Part shown: positions 28,140 through 32,000 of the stretch, one piece after another
Numbering within the stretch: position 1 is the first letter of the stretch
Layout of the letters: each line of letters opens with the position of its first letter
Assembly: GCF_000341395.1 (NCBI RefSeq)
Contig: NC_020304.1
Coordinates: 1,950,001 to 1,982,000, forward strand
Source of the DNA: Desulfocapsa sulfexigens DSM 10523
Lineage (GTDB): Bacteria > Desulfobacterota > Desulfobulbia > Desulfobulbales > Desulfocapsaceae
Direction: 5' to 3'
DNA: 32,000 bases
Program-made: the position numbers and the translations under genes
Notes under the pieces: generated by a model
Databases searched by the model: none
Seen by the model: the letters and a program-made list of their open reading frames with translations, nothing else
What the model was told of the DNA's origin: nothing

Positions 28140-28325
28140 AAAAGTAGTTATGTTGATAGAATTGTTGTTGTTTGCTAAGTAGTGGGGTGGCAAGAGAGAG
28201 GAGTAAAGAATGATTGCTGAAGGAAATCACAGTAATTTGCATTTTCCCACTCTTCCACCTTCAGCCCGGTTACCTTCACCATAATAGGTCTTTTTTGAAA
28301 ATCATACAGAAAAAAGGATAAATTG

Positions 28326-29687
28326 ATGAGTACAGCAATCCCCGCCTGTTTTAAGGCCTATGATATCAGAGGAAAGGTCCCGGATGAGTTAAACCCTGGT
28401 CTTGCACGGAATATTGGACGTGCCTACGCGACTTTTTTTCAGCCACGAAAGGTGGCAGTCGGGCATGATATCAGACTCAGTAGTCCGGAGTTGACTTCTG
28501 CCCTGGTCGAAGGCCTGCTTGAGTCGGATGTGGACGTACTGCATCTCGGGTTGTGTGGTACAGAGGAAATTTACCATGCCGCTTTCAGTATGGAGAAGAG
28601 AGGGGTGGATGGTGGAATTGTTGTTACGGCAAGCCATAACCCTGCAGATTATAACGGACTGAAGTTTGTGACAAAAGGGGCCCGGCCAGTGACGGGAGAG
28701 GCTGGCCTTAAACAGATGGCAGAGTTGATCGTGAAGGGAGAACTGCCGCCACCTGCAGGAAAAAGAGGGGTGGAAATAGCAGCTGAAAATAAAGGTGAAT
28801 ACATTGAACATCTCCTGAGCTATGTGAACAGAGAGGAACTCGCACCCTTAAAAGTTGTGGTGAATAACGGAAATGGCTCTGCGGCACCCGTGGTTGATTT
28901 GCTTGAACAGGAACTCCCGTTCGCCTTTGTAAAGGCTTTTCATGAGCCTGATGGGAGTTTTTCGAACGGTGTTCCAAATCCCTTGCTCCCGGAAAAACGA
29001 GAAGAGACAGCAAGGTTGGTACGAGAGCAGGGCGCAGACTTTGGAGTTGCCTGGGATGGTGATTTTGACCGCTGCTTTTTCTGGGATGAAAAGGGAAATT
29101 TTATTGAAGGCTATTATGTCGTAGGATTGCTGGCTCTTGAGCTTCTTAATCATAATCCTGGCGGGAAAATTCTCCACGATCCCCGTCTTATCTGGAATAC
29201 CCAGGAACTGGTGAGGGCTGCAGGAGGTGTTCCGATTATGGTCCGAACCGGGCATGCTTTTATTAAGGAACGGATGCGACTGGAAGATGCTATTTACGGT
29301 GGTGAGATGTCTGCACACCATTATTTCAAAAGCTTTGGCTATTGCGATTCCGGAATGATCCCCTGGCTTCTTGTTGCATCCCTGCTGAGTCGTAGGGCTG
29401 TTCCGCTGTCCACACTGGTTCGGGATTGCATGGCAGCCTACCCTGTTTCTGGAGAAATTAACTCTGTGGTGGCTGATCCGGACGCGGTGATTACAGAAAT
29501 TGAAGATCGGTTTCGGGACGGAGAAAAGGACTATACCGATGGTCTTTCCGTGTCTTTTCCTGAATTTCGTTTTAATGTAAGAAAATCAAACACCGAATCG
29601 TTGCTGCGTCTGAATGTTGAAAGTCGTGCCAATCCAGGTTTGTTGAAAGAAAAGACTGATGAGTTGTTGCAGATAATCAAAGCCTGA
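28326..29687 (+). CDS. Phosphomannomutase/phosphoglucomutase
   Basis: FKAYDIRGKVPDELN, VVTASHNPADYNGLKFV, FGVAWDGDFDRCFFWDEKGNFI and GGEMSAHHYFKSFGYCDSGMI. Confidence 0.93.
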   Translation: MSTAIPACFKAYDIRGKVPDELNPGLARNIGRAYATFFQPRKVAVGHDIRLSSPELTSALVEGLLESDVDVLHLGLCGTEEIYHAAFSMEKRGVDGGIVVTASHNPADYNGLKFVTKGARPVTGEAGLKQMAELIVKGELPPPAGKRGVEIAAENKGEYIEHLLSYVNREELAPLKVVVNNGNGSAAPVVDLLEQELPFAFVKAFHEPDGSFSNGVPNPLLPEKREETARLVREQGADFGVAWDGDFDRCFFWDEKGNFIEGYYVVGLLALELLNHNPGGKILHDPRLIWNTQELVRAAGGVPIMVRTGHAFIKERMRLEDAIYGGEMSAHHYFKSFGYCDSGMIPWLLVASLLSRRAVPLSTLVRDCMAAYPVSGEINSVVADPDAVITEIEDRFRDGEKDYTDGLSVSFPEFRFNVRKSNTESLLRLNVESRANPGLLKEKTDELLQIIKA

Positions 29688-29714
29688 CGCCTGAGAAAAA
29701 AAGGAAAAAAGAAC

Positions 29715-31124
29715 ATGTCCAAAATACAACCTATAATCCTGGCAGGTGGAACCGGCTCCCGCTTGTGGCCTCTTTCCCGTGAGCTCTACCCTAAACAGCT
29801 TCTCAATCTCATTGATGAAACTTCCCTGTTGCAGACCACCGTCCTTCGCGTTGCTCAGCTTACTGAAGTATTACCTCCCTTGCTGGTTGTGGGAGAAGAG
29901 CATCGTTTTATAACTCGCAGTCAGGTGGATTGCCTGGGGGGAGGTGGCGTGTGCGATATCCTTCTGGAACCCGTTGGTCGCAATACCGCACCTGCGGTTT
30001 GTGGAGCAGTGGAGTATTGCGCAGTAAGTCTGCCCGAGGATACCATACTTCTTGTTCTGCCGGCCGATCATCTGATTCTTCGTAAGGCGGTGTTTCAAGA
30101 GGTGGTGGCCGAGGCCGTCAGGCTTGCAGTAGAAGGGAAAATAGTCACATTCGGTATTGAGCCCCAGCATCCTGAAACCGGTTATGGCTACATAGAAAAA
30201 GGGGAAGGAAGTTCTGTCAGATCCTTTCGCGAAAAACCTGATTATGAAACCGCAAAGTCCTATCTTGAGAAGGGAAATTATTTATGGAACTCTGGAATGT
30301 TTGCTTTTAGCATTAAAACGTTCCGGGAAGAGATGGAACGGCTTGCCCCTGAAATGGTATCCTGCATGAGAGAATCTGTTCTGCTTGGCAAGAGAGATGG
30401 AAGCTTTTTCAGGTTGGATGAGGCTGCTATGTCCCGTAGCCCGAGTGATTCCATCGATTATGCGCTCATGGAGAAGACGGATCGGGCCGCAGTGGTTGCG
30501 GCTGATCTCGACTGGAGCGACATTGGCTCCTGGCATGCCCTGTGGGAAGTTTCCGCCAAAGACAAAGATGGTAATGTTACCAAGGGCGACGTTATTCTGG
30601 AGGACACAAAAAACTGCCTGATACGCTCTGAAGACACTCTTGTGGCCACCGTTGGGCTGGAGGATATTCTTGTCGTTGAAACATCCGATGCTGTTTTGGT
30701 GGCACCTCTTTCCCGGGCTCAGGATGTTAAAAAGATTGTTGCGAGACTAAAAAAAGACAGCAGGAGTGAGTTCAAGCTTCATCGTACAGTATACAGGCCC
30801 TGGGGCAGTTATACCGTGCTTGAGCAGCATGAACGGTATCAGATAAAACGTATTACCGTGAGTCCCGGTTCAAAACTTTCCCTGCAGATGCATCATCACC
30901 GCCATGAGCATTGGGTTGTGGTTTCGGGAACGGCACGTATTACAAATGGCGAGAAGGTTTTTCTCCTGTACGAAAATCAGTCAACCTATATTCCTGCTGG
31001 CGTCAATCATCGCCTGGAGAACCCAGGGGTTATGGATCTTGAATTGATTGAGGTGCAGAATGGGAGTTATCTGGGTGAGGATGATATCGTGCGGTTTGAG
31101 GACGATTACGGTCGTGGTGAGTAG
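29715..31124 (+). CDS. manC: Mannose-1-phosphate guanylyltransferase/mannose-6-phosphate isomerase (bifunctional type)
   Basis: PIILAGGTGSRLWPLSRELYPKQLLNL and WSDIGSWHALWEV, plus C-terminal cupin domain RPWGSYTVLEQHERYQIKRITVSPGSKLSLQMHHHRHEHWVVVSGTA. Confidence 0.94.
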   Translation: MSKIQPIILAGGTGSRLWPLSRELYPKQLLNLIDETSLLQTTVLRVAQLTEVLPPLLVVGEEHRFITRSQVDCLGGGGVCDILLEPVGRNTAPAVCGAVEYCAVSLPEDTILLVLPADHLILRKAVFQEVVAEAVRLAVEGKIVTFGIEPQHPETGYGYIEKGEGSSVRSFREKPDYETAKSYLEKGNYLWNSGMFAFSIKTFREEMERLAPEMVSCMRESVLLGKRDGSFFRLDEAAMSRSPSDSIDYALMEKTDRAAVVAADLDWSDIGSWHALWEVSAKDKDGNVTKGDVILEDTKNCLIRSEDTLVATVGLEDILVVETSDAVLVAPLSRAQDVKKIVARLKKDSRSEFKLHRTVYRPWGSYTVLEQHERYQIKRITVSPGSKLSLQMHHHRHEHWVVVSGTARITNGEKVFLLYENQSTYIPAGVNHRLENPGVMDLELIEVQNGSYLGEDDIVRFEDDYGRGE

Positions 31125-31240
31125 GAATACTTTCTAAGCACCTCAGTTGCTCATGATCGCTTCATTTCATATGATGTAACTTCTGTGAGCCGATCACGAG
31201 CGCTGAGAGTGACGCTAAGTCCTTATGAAGAGGGCTCCTC

Positions 31241-32000
31241 CTATGAATGTTCTGGAAATAATTTATGTATTGCCTCTTTATTGGCTGCGACAACTCCCCG
31301 TTCTGTGATAAGGCCAGTCACCAGGCGTGCTGGCGTGATATCAAAGCTGTAGTTCAGTGCCCGGGTTCCAGGCGCGGTAAGTTGTACCGTCTCAATCCTG
31401 CCGTTATCGGTCAGGCCACTGATGGTGGTGACTTCATCGCCTGAACGCTCTTCAATGGGGATGTCGCTGCCATTGCTAATATTCCAGTCAAATGTGGAAG
31501 AGGGCAGGGCAACATAAAAAGGAATGTTGTTGTCATGAGCGGCCAGTGCTTTCAGGTAGGTTCCTATTTTATTTGCCACATCTCCTGTATGGGTGGTTCT
31601 GTCGGTTCCCACAATTACCATATCTACCATCTTCTGCTGCATAAGATGTCCTCCTGCGTTATCCGTTATCAGGGTGCAGGGTATTCCTTCCTGCTGCAGT
31701 TCCCAGGCAGTTAGTTTTGCCCCCTGGTTCCAGGGGCGTGTCTCGTCGACCCACACATGGACATCTATCCCGGCGTCCCTCGCCGCATAAATAGGAGCAG
31801 TTGCGCTCCCGTAGTCTACAAAGGCAAGCCAACCGGCATTGCAGTGGGTGAGGATATTGACAGTCCCACCACTCTTAGCCGTACTTATGTCCCTGATGAT
31901 CCCAGATCCATGTTGTCCGAGTGCCTTGCAGAAGGCAGCATCTTCGTCGGCAATTTCACAGGCTGTTTCAAAGACAATTCTTTTTTTGTCCTCCTCATCG
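31241..32000 (-). CDS. mtnA: S-methyl-5-thioribose-1-phosphate isomerase (partial, N-terminus beyond the window)
   Basis: The frame stays open past the track's ATG (31756) to the window edge, adding ...[94 protein letters not shown]; then [37 protein letters not shown]. Confidence 0.9.
   Translation of the reverse strand, partial: DEEDKKRIVFETACEIADEDAAFCKALGQHGSGIIRDISTAKSGGTVNILTHCNAGWLAFVDYGSATAPIYAARDAGIDVHVWVDETRPWNQGAKLTAWELQQEGIPCTLITDNAGGHLMQQKMVDMVIVGTDRTTHTGDVANKIGTYLKALAAHDNNIPFYVALPSSTFDWNISNGSDIPIEERSGDEVTTISGLTDNGRIETVQLTAPGTRALNYSFDITPARLVTGLITERGVVAANKEAIHKLFPEHS

Noticed and set aside
28389-29321. Minus-strand ORFs opposite phosphomannomutase
   Set aside because: Alternate-strand shadows of a conserved gene.

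Overview
The window reads as an ordinary chromosomal, mostly housekeeping segment. By gene content it is probably from a sulfate-reducing or related anaerobic deltaproteobacterium (Desulfobulbales-like); this is inference, since no 16S or database search was possible. Left to right: a c-di-GMP-controlled Lap adhesin-release module (TolC-family OMP, LapG-type protease, 5' part of a LapD-like receptor); HU; lgt and mnmG; TrkA and TrkH converging, with a SAM methyltransferase next to trkH; the rpmH-rnpA-yidD-yidC-jag-mnmE block, which ends in an erythrose-4-phosphate-dehydrogenase-like GAPDH paralogue; elbB and hpt; a compact redox cluster (HdrC/ferredoxin fusion, MvhD-like, MetV-like) followed by a divergent MoeA; mutM; a 4'-phosphopantetheinyl transferase; CvpA; an overlapping pair of rSAM/selenodomain- (arsenosugar-) associated transferases; a UPF0280/ApbE-like protein; a PilZ-type protein; rfbD and rfbA; phosphomannomutase and manC; and a partial mtnA. 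I found no CRISPR array, transposon, prophage, tRNA/rRNA or clear new defence system. The best leads are the HdrC/MvhD/MetV module lacking MetF and HdrA in this window, the adjacent MoeA with altered active-site motifs, the transferase pair whose conserved motifs are encoded in overlapping frames, the Epd-like enzyme in the mnmE operon, and a long perfect hairpin downstream of the HU gene.
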